This document shows positions 36,743 through 46,348 of a DNA stretch of 52,331 nucleotides, in pieces. A program made the position numbers and the translations under genes. Source of the stretch: a virus (taxonomy: Duplodnaviria; Caudoviricetes); the IMG/VR virus record IMGVR_UViG_3300024520_000102, positions 1 to 52,331 of that record. One strand, given 5' to 3'. The stretch's first letter is position 1, and the number at the start of each line of letters is the position of its first letter. Under the pieces are notes generated by a model. That model searched no databases. It saw only the letters and a program-made list of their open reading frames with translations, and was not told the DNA's origin.

Positions 36743-38041
36743 CTACCAAACAACTCCACCGATTTTATTCTCTTGCAGATTTCTTAAAATCCGATACGCC
36801 ATAACTTCTCCCCATCGCGTCCCAAACGGGCTACTCTCTACAATCTCAAAGCCGACATTGTTCGAGTTGTAGCTGTTGCCCGTGCCGTCGCCCGCTTCCC
36901 TTTGGACTTTGAAAAAGTCATTAGAGGAGTTAGCGGCGCATGAGCAATCGCATATATCGCCTAGCCTAGTTGCTGAAAGATAATAGAGCGCCTTTTCAAA
37001 CTTGGCGCAAACACCAGTAACGCAAGATGCGCTATCACAGTTTTCTGTCTGGCAGGGGTTGGCGAAATAGTATAATTCGACTTTATCAGGTCTACATAAT
37101 GTAGAGCAGTCGGTTAAGTTACAGAAGCCGTCAGTCACGTCATAGTCAGCAGGAATTGGAACGCCTCGATTATTGCCGATTAGTTGAACGCATACGGTTT
37201 GCTCTGTTGCGGTGCATACGTCACAATTACCACCGCAACCGCAACCGTTCGAGGTATAACTGCTATATTTGCCTTGGTTAGTGAAGTCGGGATAAGTCTC
37301 TACCGCCGTTACGCTCTCGGTAAATAGGACATCATCCGCCAACTGGCATACATCTAATTGTCCAGTGTCGTAAAATGGGGAATACAGGTCTTGGCTTATG
37401 ATTTGGTATGAGTTGAGTTCAATGATTAGATTAACGCCGTCGTTTTGAGTGACGGTGATTGGCCCAACGTCTCGGCCATCGGAGAATTGCAGACTAATCC
37501 AACAATCTTTGGTACTCTCCGGTGGAGAACCTAAAACCAAGGTAACGACAGCAGTCTCGAAAAATCCGTCACTGTCCCTATCTTCAAATGTTAGTTGCCC
37601 GCCCGTTTGGGTGGCTGTGGCTAAGACGTTTTCAGTCTTAATCCCCATTTCTTGGAACTCAGGACTGAGAGGATATGAAGGCCATGCGGTATCGTAGGTT
37701 GTCGAGTATCTGCCATCATAACTACTGTATTGATGAGTGATATTAGGGGGAAAAGGGGAGTTTGCGGGGTAGCTTTGGGTATCACATACAAACTCAGGAT
37801 GAATTGAATTGCCAAGATAGGCGGTAATTTCCTCAACTGAAATGTTAATTTGTGTCGCTAAATCAAAGTAGTTGAGGCTACCATCGACAGGATACATGCC
37901 CCACTGTTCATTACAGGAGGTTCGGGGTAGGGGGGGATTAGGGCATGACATAAATGTTAAGTTATAAAATTCAGCCGGTGGTATGTGAGCTAACTGTCGC
38001 CACCGCTCAAGGCTTAATTTTGTGTTAGGAATTGTTGGCAT
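36743..38041 (-). CDS. head-tail adaptor-like virion protein, Cys-rich
   Basis: position; SLERW N-terminus and SPFGTRWGE C-terminus. Confidence 0.55.
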   Translation of the reverse strand: MPTIPNTKLSLERWRQLAHIPPAEFYNLTFMSCPNPPLPRTSCNEQWGMYPVDGSLNYFDLATQINISVEEITAYLGNSIHPEFVCDTQSYPANSPFPPNITHQYSSYDGRYSTTYDTAWPSYPLSPEFQEMGIKTENVLATATQTGGQLTFEDRDSDGFFETAVVTLVLGSPPESTKDCWISLQFSDGRDVGPITVTQNDGVNLIIELNSYQIISQDLYSPFYDTGQLDVCQLADDVLFTESVTAVETYPDFTNQGKYSSYTSNGCGCGGNCDVCTATEQTVCVQLIGNNRGVPIPADYDVTDGFCNLTDCSTLCRPDKVELYYFANPCQTENCDSASCVTGVCAKFEKALYYLSATRLGDICDCSCAANSSNDFFKVQREAGDGTGNSYNSNNVGFEIVESSPFGTRWGEVMAYRILRNLQENKIGGVVW

Positions 38042-38052
38042 TTATATTATAC

Positions 38053-38118
38053 CGTAGGGTAAACGTAGGGTACTAGTAGGGTTTCCGTCAAGTACGATAG
38101 TTGGAACTGTAGTATACT
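38053..38118 (+). promoter_or_regulatory. phage repeat-promoter copy 11
   Basis: CGTAGGGTAAA CGTAGGGTACT AGTAGGGTTTC CGTCAAG-N20-TATACT. Confidence 0.85.
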
Positions 38119-38167
38119 AACGTTAGAAATCAACCAGTAACTAACTAAAACAAAGGACTTAAACATT

Positions 38168-38593
38168 ATGACTAACTCAATCAACTTTCCCAAAATAGCA
38201 ACTTATATCGGAACCAATGATGAGAAAGACCACTGTGAAAAATGCGGAAAAACTGGTCTCAAGCGAGTAATGTGGTTTTTTGATGATATTACAGGTAAAG
38301 ATTGGGCATTAGGGACCACTTGTGGCGCAAGATTAATGGGTATTAGCGAAAAAACAAACGCAAAAAACGAAAGTAGTATTTTTTCTACGCTTCAAGATTT
38401 GACAGGTAAACAAATAGAGATGAAAGGCGTTATATTTAACGTTTTGAAAGTAAAAGGTAACGAAATAAAAATATTGAAGGATGGATTAGAACCGATAACA
38501 ATTCGTAAAAATTTTTATGGTCATACAATAAAACTAATAAACTCATATTTCATAACTTTGAAAAAATCAACCAATTTCAAAGTTGTAAACTAA
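38168..38593 (+). CDS. hypothetical Zn-finger protein (antisense cassette 4)
   Basis: CEKCGKTGLKR...GTTCG. Confidence 0.7.
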   Translation: MTNSINFPKIATYIGTNDEKDHCEKCGKTGLKRVMWFFDDITGKDWALGTTCGARLMGISEKTNAKNESSIFSTLQDLTGKQIEMKGVIFNVLKVKGNEIKILKDGLEPITIRKNFYGHTIKLINSYFITLKKSTNFKVVN

Positions 38594-38847
38594 ACGCCCT
38601 CACTCTCAACAACGCTCTGCTTTTTAGCAGAGCGTTGTTTGCGCTTTGGCTTAGGTTTGGGGTAGTCAGCAATCTTAAAAATCGTCACATTGTTAATTGC
38701 TGGTTCGGGGCAGGTGAAAACCGTACCATGTACCACGTTCAAGCTCGGCGTAAACTGTCGCCCGTACGCCGTCACGTCTAAGCGCATCGGTTCGGTCTGT
38801 TTTTCGTCAAAATATTTAGCTCTAATAAACTTTTGTTTACTTCTCAT
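38590..38847 (-). CDS. hypothetical protein
   Basis: 85 aa with basic tail, in the head module. Confidence 0.55.
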   Translation of the reverse strand: MRSKQKFIRAKYFDEKQTEPMRLDVTAYGRQFTPSLNVVHGTVFTCPEPAINNVTIFKIADYPKPKPKRKQRSAKKQSVVESEGV

Positions 38848-38951
38848 AACGCTACCTTCGGGACAAACTGCCCCGTTAGGGCCTCCTCAACGCTTGCCCT
38901 TTTTAGACCCGCCTCAACTAAACACGAGAGACCAAAGCCAATAGAGAGTAA

Positions 38952-39650
38952 TTAAAGCGGTTGATAGTCGGGTAATCGGTCTATGGCCCATTCGTTCCTT
39001 GAGAAACTTCCTGCATCATCAACTAAATCAATAGTTTGTCCTAATCGGTGACTAATGAATACTTGTATCAAGTCGCCTGAATTTAACTGCACAGTGGAAG
39101 CCCCAACGCCTTGAATTTGGCTGTCTACATTCCGAATGTATTCAACAGGTTGCTTAATGAAAATCGGCACTCTAAAAACACTATTAACATATACCAACAA
39201 TTGAATAAAAGGCCCTTCAAACCATCGACCAGCATTGTTATTGATGATAGTTAATGCAGAGCCACTAAACATATAAAAACCAGTATTCCCTACAGTAAAT
39301 GTTTTTGTGCCATTATCCCAATTGTCAGCCAAGTTAGGATTTAACCCTACCTCGTTGACATCCATTTTAGTCGTAAAATTCCCTGCTGGCACACTTTGCG
39401 GAGGCGATGTTACAGCGCCCCGCCAATGTGTGAGGGTTTCACGTCCTGTTATTGCATCCCATTGGGAAGTTCCACAAGTTGCATCCACGTTTATATACCA
39501 GCTTGGTGGGGTGGCAAGAGTATCCAACCACATGGACATGGGGCAAAACGTCCCATTTCCAGAGGTGTCACAATTGTCATCGGTTGCGCCGGGCGGCCCA
39601 ACCCCCGTAAAGTTATTCTCAGGACAATCACAAGGGTCTATACATGGCAT
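38952..39650 (-). CDS. virion protein with C1q/TNF-like beta-sandwich
   Basis: TFTVGNTGFYMF...VQLNSGDLIQV pattern; Cys-rich N-terminus. Confidence 0.6.
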   Translation of the reverse strand: MPCIDPCDCPENNFTGVGPPGATDDNCDTSGNGTFCPMSMWLDTLATPPSWYINVDATCGTSQWDAITGRETLTHWRGAVTSPPQSVPAGNFTTKMDVNEVGLNPNLADNWDNGTKTFTVGNTGFYMFSGSALTIINNNAGRWFEGPFIQLLVYVNSVFRVPIFIKQPVEYIRNVDSQIQGVGASTVQLNSGDLIQVFISHRLGQTIDLVDDAGSFSRNEWAIDRLPDYQPL

Positions 39651-39652
39651 TG

Positions 39653-40045
39653 TTATTTGTCCTCAATTATTAAAAGTAAGTTTGTAATGCCGACTACAGC
39701 GACGTAAGAGATTAGACTATACCAGTATATACCACCCGTAACAATCGTAATCGGTAAGGCTACATACCAGCTTAAGCAGTATGGGCAGGTGACAACGCCC
39801 TCAATCGTACCGCCTAACGAACGTTTCCAAAAGTATACCATCTTCTCATATTGAATAAGCTCTTTGTCGTACTCTTCCCACTCTTCATCAACTTCTGTTG
39901 ATGCTTCTGGGGTTGTTGGTTCTGTCGGCTTGTTACGTTGTGCGAACAGTCGCAACCTCTCAAAAATGTTGAAAGGGCCGTCTTCACGGCTGACTGTTCG
40001 CACAATGGCATAAACAGCAAAAGAGGCAATAATTAAATCTGCCAT
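39653..40045 (-). CDS. DUF1360-like membrane protein
   Basis: EDGPFNIFERLR...CPYCLSWY plus TM helices. Confidence 0.7.
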   Translation of the reverse strand: MADLIIASFAVYAIVRTVSREDGPFNIFERLRLFAQRNKPTEPTTPEASTEVDEEWEEYDKELIQYEKMVYFWKRSLGGTIEGVVTCPYCLSWYVALPITIVTGGIYWYSLISYVAVVGITNLLLIIEDK

Positions 40046-40272
40046 TACACCCCTATTTTTACGGTGTTATCCGCCGTGTCTCTCCATAACTCATTAACAG
40101 CCGCTCCCGCCGCCCCTTGGTTCGCACCGGATTTTAAGCCGGTGAGAAACAAAGATGACATGGTAGGGCTTGCCGATGGGTTGATAGTGGCAGAGACATT
40201 AACACCGGTAACGCTAAAAATAATGTGAGCGCTGTCAACGAAACGAAAAAACAAACGAGTGGCAAGGCTCAT
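40045..40272 (-). CDS. small virion-associated hypothetical protein
   Basis: start set at MSLATR (TAATG coupling, GGAGG RBS). Confidence 0.55.
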   Translation of the reverse strand: MSLATRLFFRFVDSAHIIFSVTGVNVSATINPSASPTMSSLFLTGLKSGANQGAAGAAVNELWRDTADNTVKIGV

Positions 40273-40595
40273 TAAGTCACCTCCACCGTTGAGGCGTTCC
40301 AAATTACGTCTATATCAGAACCGCCCGCATTGGCTAAGTTGAAAGTAACATCAAACTTTTGATGGTCGAGGTTCAACCCAAACTTATGAGTTGACGCAGG
40401 CGGTAAAATCTGACTATGACTTACCCCTGCTGTGTCGTCAAACGTGATGGTGATTAAGTTACCGCCCGGATTGTAAAAATCCATCTGGCGCATATTAACC
40501 GATGTTACCACGTTCACATTGCCGCCGTTGGGGACGGTGACGGATGCCCCTTCCATTACCCAAGCAACCATGCCCCTAACTCTTCCGATTGCCAT
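40272..40595 (-). CDS. hypothetical beta-rich virion protein
   Basis: 107 aa, coupled. Confidence 0.55.
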   Translation of the reverse strand: MAIGRVRGMVAWVMEGASVTVPNGGNVNVVTSVNMRQMDFYNPGGNLITITFDDTAGVSHSQILPPASTHKFGLNLDHQKFDVTFNLANAGGSDIDVIWNASTVEVT

Positions 40596-40909
40596 TATTC
40601 AGCCACCTTTTTCTTAGGCCGACCACGCCGCTTTTTTGGCGTGGTCGGTGCTACAGGTTCGGGCTGGGGGGTAGGTGGCTTGATTAAAACGTAGCGATTA
40701 GGCATGCGTTTTTGGTCATCTTTATGCACATATATTTCAGCCAAGTTTGAAAAGTAACCATACTTATTTACTTTTCGGGTCGGGCTGTTTGCTGTAATTT
40801 TAACTGATGAGTTGGTGGTAAAGACAACTTTAACATAGCCCTTTTTACCAGCCAACTCATCATTATTTTTGAGTTGAGCCACTTGATTACCTCCCGTACA
40901 ACTACACAT
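40595..40909 (-). CDS. hypothetical protein after the capsid gene, with AT-hook-like tail
   Basis: KKRRGRPKKK C-terminus. Confidence 0.6.
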   Translation of the reverse strand: MCSCTGGNQVAQLKNNDELAGKKGYVKVVFTTNSSVKITANSPTRKVNKYGYFSNLAEIYVHKDDQKRMPNRYVLIKPPTPQPEPVAPTTPKKRRGRPKKKVAE

Positions 40910-40911
40910 TA

Positions 40912-42261
40912 TTAGGTATTAACGTTTGGTAATGGTTTGGTCATCAGGTTACAAGCTCTAACATTCTGAACACGCCCGCACAAATGGGGAGCGGTCAAAC
41001 GTAGTTGAGGCTCAACCAGCATATCGACTTGGAAACAGCGGCGTAACTCTTCTATAATGAAGTGATAGCGCCCGCCGTCTGTCCATCCTTTAGCGTCATT
41101 ACTCGGCTGATTGGCAGGCCCTAGAGCTGGTTCAATAGCGGTATAGTTTCGATATTGCATATCTAAAGTATCAACTACTCCGCCGTTTATCCCGCCGACT
41201 TGAGTGGTCAAGAAATAAATATCACTCTCATCGTAAGGTCGGCCTGTTGCGCCATCCGTGCCAGTGGTGTTAGGGATAAAATCATCAAAAACCACGGGAT
41301 AGACTTTGCCATTTAACATAAGTTGAGGAGTAGCCATTAAAGCGTTGCGGGCGTTAATAGCCTGCACCCCACCATTGCCATCAGTAACGTTAATAACTCC
41401 AGTTGTGACACCATCGGCTGCCATTTCGCTAAACATATGCTTGGCAATTTGAGTCCACAATTGACGACGCATGACGATAAGCTGTCCGGTAATCTCAACA
41501 CCTTGTAAAAAGGCTTTTTGGTCTAAAGTGTCTGCCATTTCGTAGAGGTTCTCATACAAAATCGGTGAGGTATCCCCGCCGACACAGACAGACCCAAAAT
41601 CTAACAATTCAGAGTTAAGGATAGCTCCGTCAGCTTGCACTCCGCTCTCAAGAGTTACGAGGGTGGCATCCGTGCCATAATCAGCACTAACTAATTGAAC
41701 CAATCCTCGCATTTCTTTATAACCAGTCCCGACATCGTTAGCGGTGTCACCTTCCCAGACCTGTGTCGCCATTTCTCGGTAAATTCGTTGACGCATAGCG
41801 GCCATTTGACGTTGTACCGCTCCCATTGTAATTAAATTACGTTGGTCGTCACTGGCGCTTGCTCCCATGTTGGTCAACTCCAGAGGAGTACCGCCAACAA
41901 AGAAAAAGTCTGTAAATGCACGTTGACAAGCTAACTCAATCAGCTTGCTCGTTTCTTTTGTCTGAGTTTGGCGGTTAATCCGACCAAAAGTAAAACTCAT
42001 CTTGGCGAATTCGTCATTCTCGTTAATCGTAGGTGGTTCTTCACATGGTGTAGATGGTTCACTACCTGTGATGCCCCAATCACGTGACACCAAAGCGGCT
42101 GATGTGGAGGTTACATTCAAACTTGGTGAGCTTGGAATATAATTCATTACGCTGGTATTTGGGCCGTACCACGTATTTAAGACAGGGCTTTCAATGTTAC
42201 AATCAAAGAAAAACGCCCGTTCATTATAGCGGTTCTCGGCTTGTTGGCTTGTTGCTGGCAT
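40912..42261 (-). CDS. major capsid protein
   Basis: 449 aa; VWEGD...EMRGL, YPVVFDD, SDIYFL, LRLTAPHLCGRVQNV HK97-like C-terminal pattern. Confidence 0.8.
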   Translation of the reverse strand: MPATSQQAENRYNERAFFFDCNIESPVLNTWYGPNTSVMNYIPSSPSLNVTSTSAALVSRDWGITGSEPSTPCEEPPTINENDEFAKMSFTFGRINRQTQTKETSKLIELACQRAFTDFFFVGGTPLELTNMGASASDDQRNLITMGAVQRQMAAMRQRIYREMATQVWEGDTANDVGTGYKEMRGLVQLVSADYGTDATLVTLESGVQADGAILNSELLDFGSVCVGGDTSPILYENLYEMADTLDQKAFLQGVEITGQLIVMRRQLWTQIAKHMFSEMAADGVTTGVINVTDGNGGVQAINARNALMATPQLMLNGKVYPVVFDDFIPNTTGTDGATGRPYDESDIYFLTTQVGGINGGVVDTLDMQYRNYTAIEPALGPANQPSNDAKGWTDGGRYHFIIEELRRCFQVDMLVEPQLRLTAPHLCGRVQNVRACNLMTKPLPNVNT

Positions 42262-42262
42262 A

Positions 42263-42778
42263 TTATGCCTCCTCTAAACTAAAAGTTATACTATCCTCAA
42301 AAACAGATACATCTTGGTCTGTTTCAAAGACAGCGCTTGATAATTCAATTTTATATTTGTCATATAAGGCTTCTATCCTAGCCCCGATTGGTTTCCATTC
42401 CTCGGTTTTGAGCAACCAAGCGGCGTAAACATCAGCAATATCCATGCCAAGTTCGCCAGCCGTGGCTGACATCATTGGAAGTTTTGCCGTATCACGTTCC
42501 CCACCCGTGTAAGCCTCAACTTCTCGGTTCTTTTGCTCGTAAGCAAAAACCTTGCCGGGCGTTGAGGTGATATACTCACTCTTTTTCTGCTCAGAACGAT
42601 CTAAAATCAATTGTTCAGTTTGGCGCTTACGCCCGTTGTTTAGCCATGCTACGTAAGCAGAGCTTAATTCGCTTTCAGGGATACTAGGGCCGTCGAACAC
42701 AATGCCGCTATACCCTACGCCGACAATATTATAAGTCTTTTCTCTGTCAACTAACCAGATAGCTTTTTCTAAGTTCAT
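42263..42778 (-). CDS. fibre assembly chaperone-like protein
   Basis: YITSTPGKVFAYEQKNRE...PMMSATAGELG pattern; follows the fibre gene. Confidence 0.55.
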   Translation of the reverse strand: MNLEKAIWLVDREKTYNIVGVGYSGIVFDGPSIPESELSSAYVAWLNNGRKRQTEQLILDRSEQKKSEYITSTPGKVFAYEQKNREVEAYTGGERDTAKLPMMSATAGELGMDIADVYAAWLLKTEEWKPIGARIEALYDKYKIELSSAVFETDQDVSVFEDSITFSLEEA

Positions 42779-42780
42779 TG

Positions 42781-45138
42781 TTATACCATCCTCATTAGCT
42801 CTAACTGAGCATAGATATTTTCGCCAGTTTGGGGGGCATATGGGGCTGTAGGTGGGGTGTAATCCCCCGGTAACACTGTAGACATTTTTATTTCATCCAT
42901 GTAACCGTTTAAATAGGTAACATCTCCATGCCCAAAGTTCAAGGGTACCGTGCCGTCAGTCATCGAAGCCGTAAACGGTGCGCCAATAGCCGCCCCATCA
43001 ATATAAAATTGGAAATTACCATTATCTCTAACCAGAGCTAAATAATACCACGTGGAGAGACTGGCGGACCATGATCGGGTCGTCGTCGCTCCTGTGGTAA
43101 TGAGTTTTAACTCGTTATTGGATCCGTTAAACTCTACATAGTATCCTAAATCGGACCCGCCCACTAGTTTGTGCAAAAACGGAACTGTTCCAACTAGTGA
43201 CGACAAATAAAACCAAAAGCTGATTATAAAATCAGAGGTGTTGCCGAAGTTAAAATCAGCATGATTGGCGGTAGTTAGATAATCTCCCGCACCATCGAAT
43301 TTAATGGATGTCGTTCCAAAATTGGGCTTAACGACAGTTGTTGAATGCTCGACATTACCCACGGGTGTCACGACATGCCCAAGTGCGCTATCTGTAAAGA
43401 TAGTACTGCCATTCGTTGTGTCGCTATGGATTAGTAATACATCGCCCTCCGCATTTGGAGCGCCAAAAGTTCCGGTGGTCGTCGCACGGTGTACCAATTG
43501 TAACGAATCTCCCGGCTGTAAGGTTTTAACGGTTGACATTGACGACTGATCTGTAGATGAGTTAATCCCCAAATCGGTCACACTGCCATTGTATTTTAGA
43601 GCTAGTTTATTGTTACCCGCTCCGGTTGATGTAGCCTGAGCGCTGATCTTGTATTGTCCACCTTGCCCCGCCGCAATGGTTGCAGTATTGGCGGCTATTG
43701 TCGCCAATGTTGGGCCAGTGGTGTCGTCTAAAGCCCGCACCCGCCAAGCTCCAGAGGTGAACGCTCCGCCCGTCTCAGATTTAATAATCTGAATAGCGGC
43801 GTTTACCGACTGAGCAACGGAGGCATTAACAGCGGCGGTAAAGTCGCTGATTGTCGCCGCTACTTGCGTCCCTGTGTGATTAGCTCGGTCTCGGTCTGTG
43901 GCGTGATAATGCAATGCGCTAGTACCAGCGTCCGTTAAGTCAACAGCGTTACTAGTGGTTAGAATTGTGCCGTTCTCATCTGGCATGGTCACCGTTCGGG
44001 CATTGCCAGTTAAGATTTGGGAGGCATCAAAGGCGATAAGTTTAGTCGGGTCCGCTGTGTTACCTATACGAAACGTCCCGTCCAAGGTGTTAGCCGCTAC
44101 CTCGGCATTGATTGCCGTGGATAAGTCGCTAATGGTTGCGGCCAACTGAGTTCCGGTGTGGTTAGTTCTGTTTCGGTCTGTGGCGTGATAGTGTAAGGCA
44201 CTGTCACCCGCATCGGTCAAGTCGGTAAACTGGGTATCAGTTAAGATAGTCCCGTCAGCATCCGGCATGGTCACCGTTCGGGCCTGACCCGTCCCAACTC
44301 CAGTAGCATCAAACAAAATTCGCTTGGTAATATCGCCTGTGTTGTAGATTTCAAACGAGCCATCTGCGAAGGTCGTAATAGCGACGGGCGGCACTGCGTC
44401 AACGGTTAGCTTTACAAACTCAATCGGAGTTGTCTCAAGGGTGATGGCTGGAGTTGTACAGAAAAACAGGGTTTCAGCCCCAACCGTACCGTTAAGTGGG
44501 ATACATTTGCGCTCTATAATCTCAATATCGGTATTTGCATCTGCTGACCGAGTTCCACCGACATCATAAAGGCCGTTTTGTCCACCAGCGGTCTGATTCT
44601 TGACTAGAATTCTGTCAGCCGCTACCAAGACATACCCATCAATGATATCGCCAATATCTAAATCAGTACCAAGTGTTATGTTTGCCGTTGTTGCAACCGC
44701 TACATCAGCCCAGAACGTGCCAGTGGTGAGAGCGTCAGCGTATGCTTTGGTGACGGCATCTCCTGACAGAGTTGGTGTGCCTAGATCGGTTATTTTATTA
44801 CCCCCCATATCAATGACTGGAGCGGTTAGGGTTTTATTTAACAGTGTTTGCGTTGCGTCAAGTAGTGCGAACGTGCCATTAACATCAGGAAAAATAAAGG
44901 TTCTAGTTGTCCCTGCACTAATACCCGTTAGGTCATACTCGACTATTTTACTCTGTACAGCTTCGTTATAAAGCTGTAAATCCGCATCTGAGAAGACAGG
45001 AGTACCGACAACGCCAGTACCACTAAAGTCTTCCATAGCCGCAACCACTCTGTCACCCCAATTCAAATGAGTACGGGCTGGGCTGTTGGCTATTCGCTCC
45101 CAATTTAGAGCCTTTTGTATTAGCTGATTGTCTGCCAT
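42781..45138 (-). CDS. fibre/decoration protein with internal repeats and C-terminal LamG/concanavalin-like domain
   Basis: DRILVKNQT...NGLY; duplicated RTVTMPD...NHTGTQ.AATISD; FDGAGDYL...WYYLALVR...NGYMDEI. Confidence 0.75.
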   Translation of the reverse strand: MADNQLIQKALNWERIANSPARTHLNWGDRVVAAMEDFSGTGVVGTPVFSDADLQLYNEAVQSKIVEYDLTGISAGTTRTFIFPDVNGTFALLDATQTLLNKTLTAPVIDMGGNKITDLGTPTLSGDAVTKAYADALTTGTFWADVAVATTANITLGTDLDIGDIIDGYVLVAADRILVKNQTAGGQNGLYDVGGTRSADANTDIEIIERKCIPLNGTVGAETLFFCTTPAITLETTPIEFVKLTVDAVPPVAITTFADGSFEIYNTGDITKRILFDATGVGTGQARTVTMPDADGTILTDTQFTDLTDAGDSALHYHATDRNRTNHTGTQLAATISDLSTAINAEVAANTLDGTFRIGNTADPTKLIAFDASQILTGNARTVTMPDENGTILTTSNAVDLTDAGTSALHYHATDRDRANHTGTQVAATISDFTAAVNASVAQSVNAAIQIIKSETGGAFTSGAWRVRALDDTTGPTLATIAANTATIAAGQGGQYKISAQATSTGAGNNKLALKYNGSVTDLGINSSTDQSSMSTVKTLQPGDSLQLVHRATTTGTFGAPNAEGDVLLIHSDTTNGSTIFTDSALGHVVTPVGNVEHSTTVVKPNFGTTSIKFDGAGDYLTTANHADFNFGNTSDFIISFWFYLSSLVGTVPFLHKLVGGSDLGYYVEFNGSNNELKLITTGATTTRSWSASLSTWYYLALVRDNGNFQFYIDGAAIGAPFTASMTDGTVPLNFGHGDVTYLNGYMDEIKMSTVLPGDYTPPTAPYAPQTGENIYAQLELMRMV

Positions 45139-45141
45139 CGG

Positions 45142-46113
45142 TTACACCCCCTTTGTCCACAAGCCAGCTAAGGCATGGTTGCCATTGGTAGCCGCTTTCG
45201 GTGACTGTAACAAAAGTTGATCACCATCCTCTAACACATCGTCAGTATCATCATTGTTGATATTGCTTTTACTAAATTGTGCCGTAATTTGTTTGGCCCA
45301 ACTCGGCTGGGCAATTGCTACCCGTGCTTGTTGCTCTCGTTTTTGAGAGGCAACGACGCTTTTAGTCAACGTGTCAACTTGGGCTTTTAACTCAATGACG
45401 GTACTAGCCAACGCCGTAATAACCTCACGAACCTCTGCCATTTCCACATTTGGAACGGGTTCTGGCTGTTCATCTTCCTCAACAACCGCCTCCGTAATTG
45501 GCTCCGGTTCGGGGTGTTCACCCCCCTCAACGTCCTTAGTAAATACGCCGGATTGCTCCAGCCCCTCAGCTTTGGTGTCAAGCTCTTTTTCTAAATCTGC
45601 AATAACTCCTGCAATCAATGCAGGTAACATTGCTTTTTGTTGTTCGGTAAATGCCATCTTTTCATCCTCCACAATTTTAACTTCTGTAAAATGGTTAGCC
45701 GCTCGTTTAAGAGGTAAAATACTGGCCTCGTAAGAGCGATATTTTGTGATTATTTCTTTTCCTGTAGCCTCATCAATTTCAACTACAACTTCATTAGCGC
45801 CGTGAGACATGCCTAATTCACCATAACGGGCGCTCATATCCTCAACAATACTAACTTCATCTGCTGAGATAGGCCATGCCATTGCAAAAAATGCGCCACT
45901 ATAACCCCACCATTCCGCCCTAGCTTCAAAAGCTAGTTTTGCTGAATGACGCTGGAGTAATAACGGCGCATTGGATGGGTTTTCGTTTAGAAACTTCTCA
46001 AAATCACGATGGGCATCGTCGGTTATAGTTTGCTGTTCTCGGTCTTGAAAACGATTAGTGAACACACCAACTAAATATGCCCTTTCGCCATCTTGTTTGA
46101 TTAGTTTTAACAT
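45142..46113 (-). CDS. prohead protease/scaffold
   Basis: FQDREQQTI, LGMSHG, YEASILP..AAN protease motifs; acidic coiled-coil C-terminus. Confidence 0.75.
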   Translation of the reverse strand: MLKLIKQDGERAYLVGVFTNRFQDREQQTITDDAHRDFEKFLNENPSNAPLLLQRHSAKLAFEARAEWWGYSGAFFAMAWPISADEVSIVEDMSARYGELGMSHGANEVVVEIDEATGKEIITKYRSYEASILPLKRAANHFTEVKIVEDEKMAFTEQQKAMLPALIAGVIADLEKELDTKAEGLEQSGVFTKDVEGGEHPEPEPITEAVVEEDEQPEPVPNVEMAEVREVITALASTVIELKAQVDTLTKSVVASQKREQQARVAIAQPSWAKQITAQFSKSNINNDDTDDVLEDGDQLLLQSPKAATNGNHALAGLWTKGV

Positions 46114-46166
46114 TTAATATTCTAACAGTTGATAATTTAATATTAAAGCATTAGTTTAAAAAAATA

Positions 46167-46240
46167 AAGCGAGAACGGGAATCGAACCCGTCAAATGGGG
46201 CTTATGAAACCCCCGTCCGCACCAGCCGACATCCCTCGCA
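46167..46240 (-). tRNA. tRNA with CAT anticodon (Met or Ile2), no encoded CCA
   Basis: GGGGT-TTCATAA-GCCCC anticodon arm, ACGGG-TTCGATT-CCCGT T-arm, GCGAGG/TCTCGC acceptor. Confidence 0.8.
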
Positions 46241-46256
46241 ATAATTAGACGTTATG

Positions 46257-46285
46257 AATTTACCATGATAAGGATAAATTGTCAA
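46257..46285 (-). promoter_or_regulatory. sigma70 promoter for the tRNA
   Basis: TTGACA-N17-TAAATT with TG extension. Confidence 0.75.
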
Positions 46286-46306
46286 GAAATCAATTAAACG
46301 TTAAAC

Positions 46307-46334
46307 AAAAAAGCGCCGAAATCGGCGCTTTTTT
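46307..46334. terminator. bidirectional intrinsic terminator downstream of the mini-array
   Basis: AAAAAAGCGCCGA-AA-TCGGCGCTTTTTT. Confidence 0.85.
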
Positions 46335-46348
46335 GTTTGTATATTGGT

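Noticed and set aside
22479-38118. Promoter repeats as CRISPR arrays or integron attC sites
   Set aside because: Units are contiguous 11-mers with no spacers or palindromic attC structure, and no integrase is present
43840-44340. Duplicated fibre block as a DGR template/variable repeat pair
   Set aside because: Both copies are in-frame coding, differences look mostly synonymous rather than adenine-specific, and no reverse transcriptase is present
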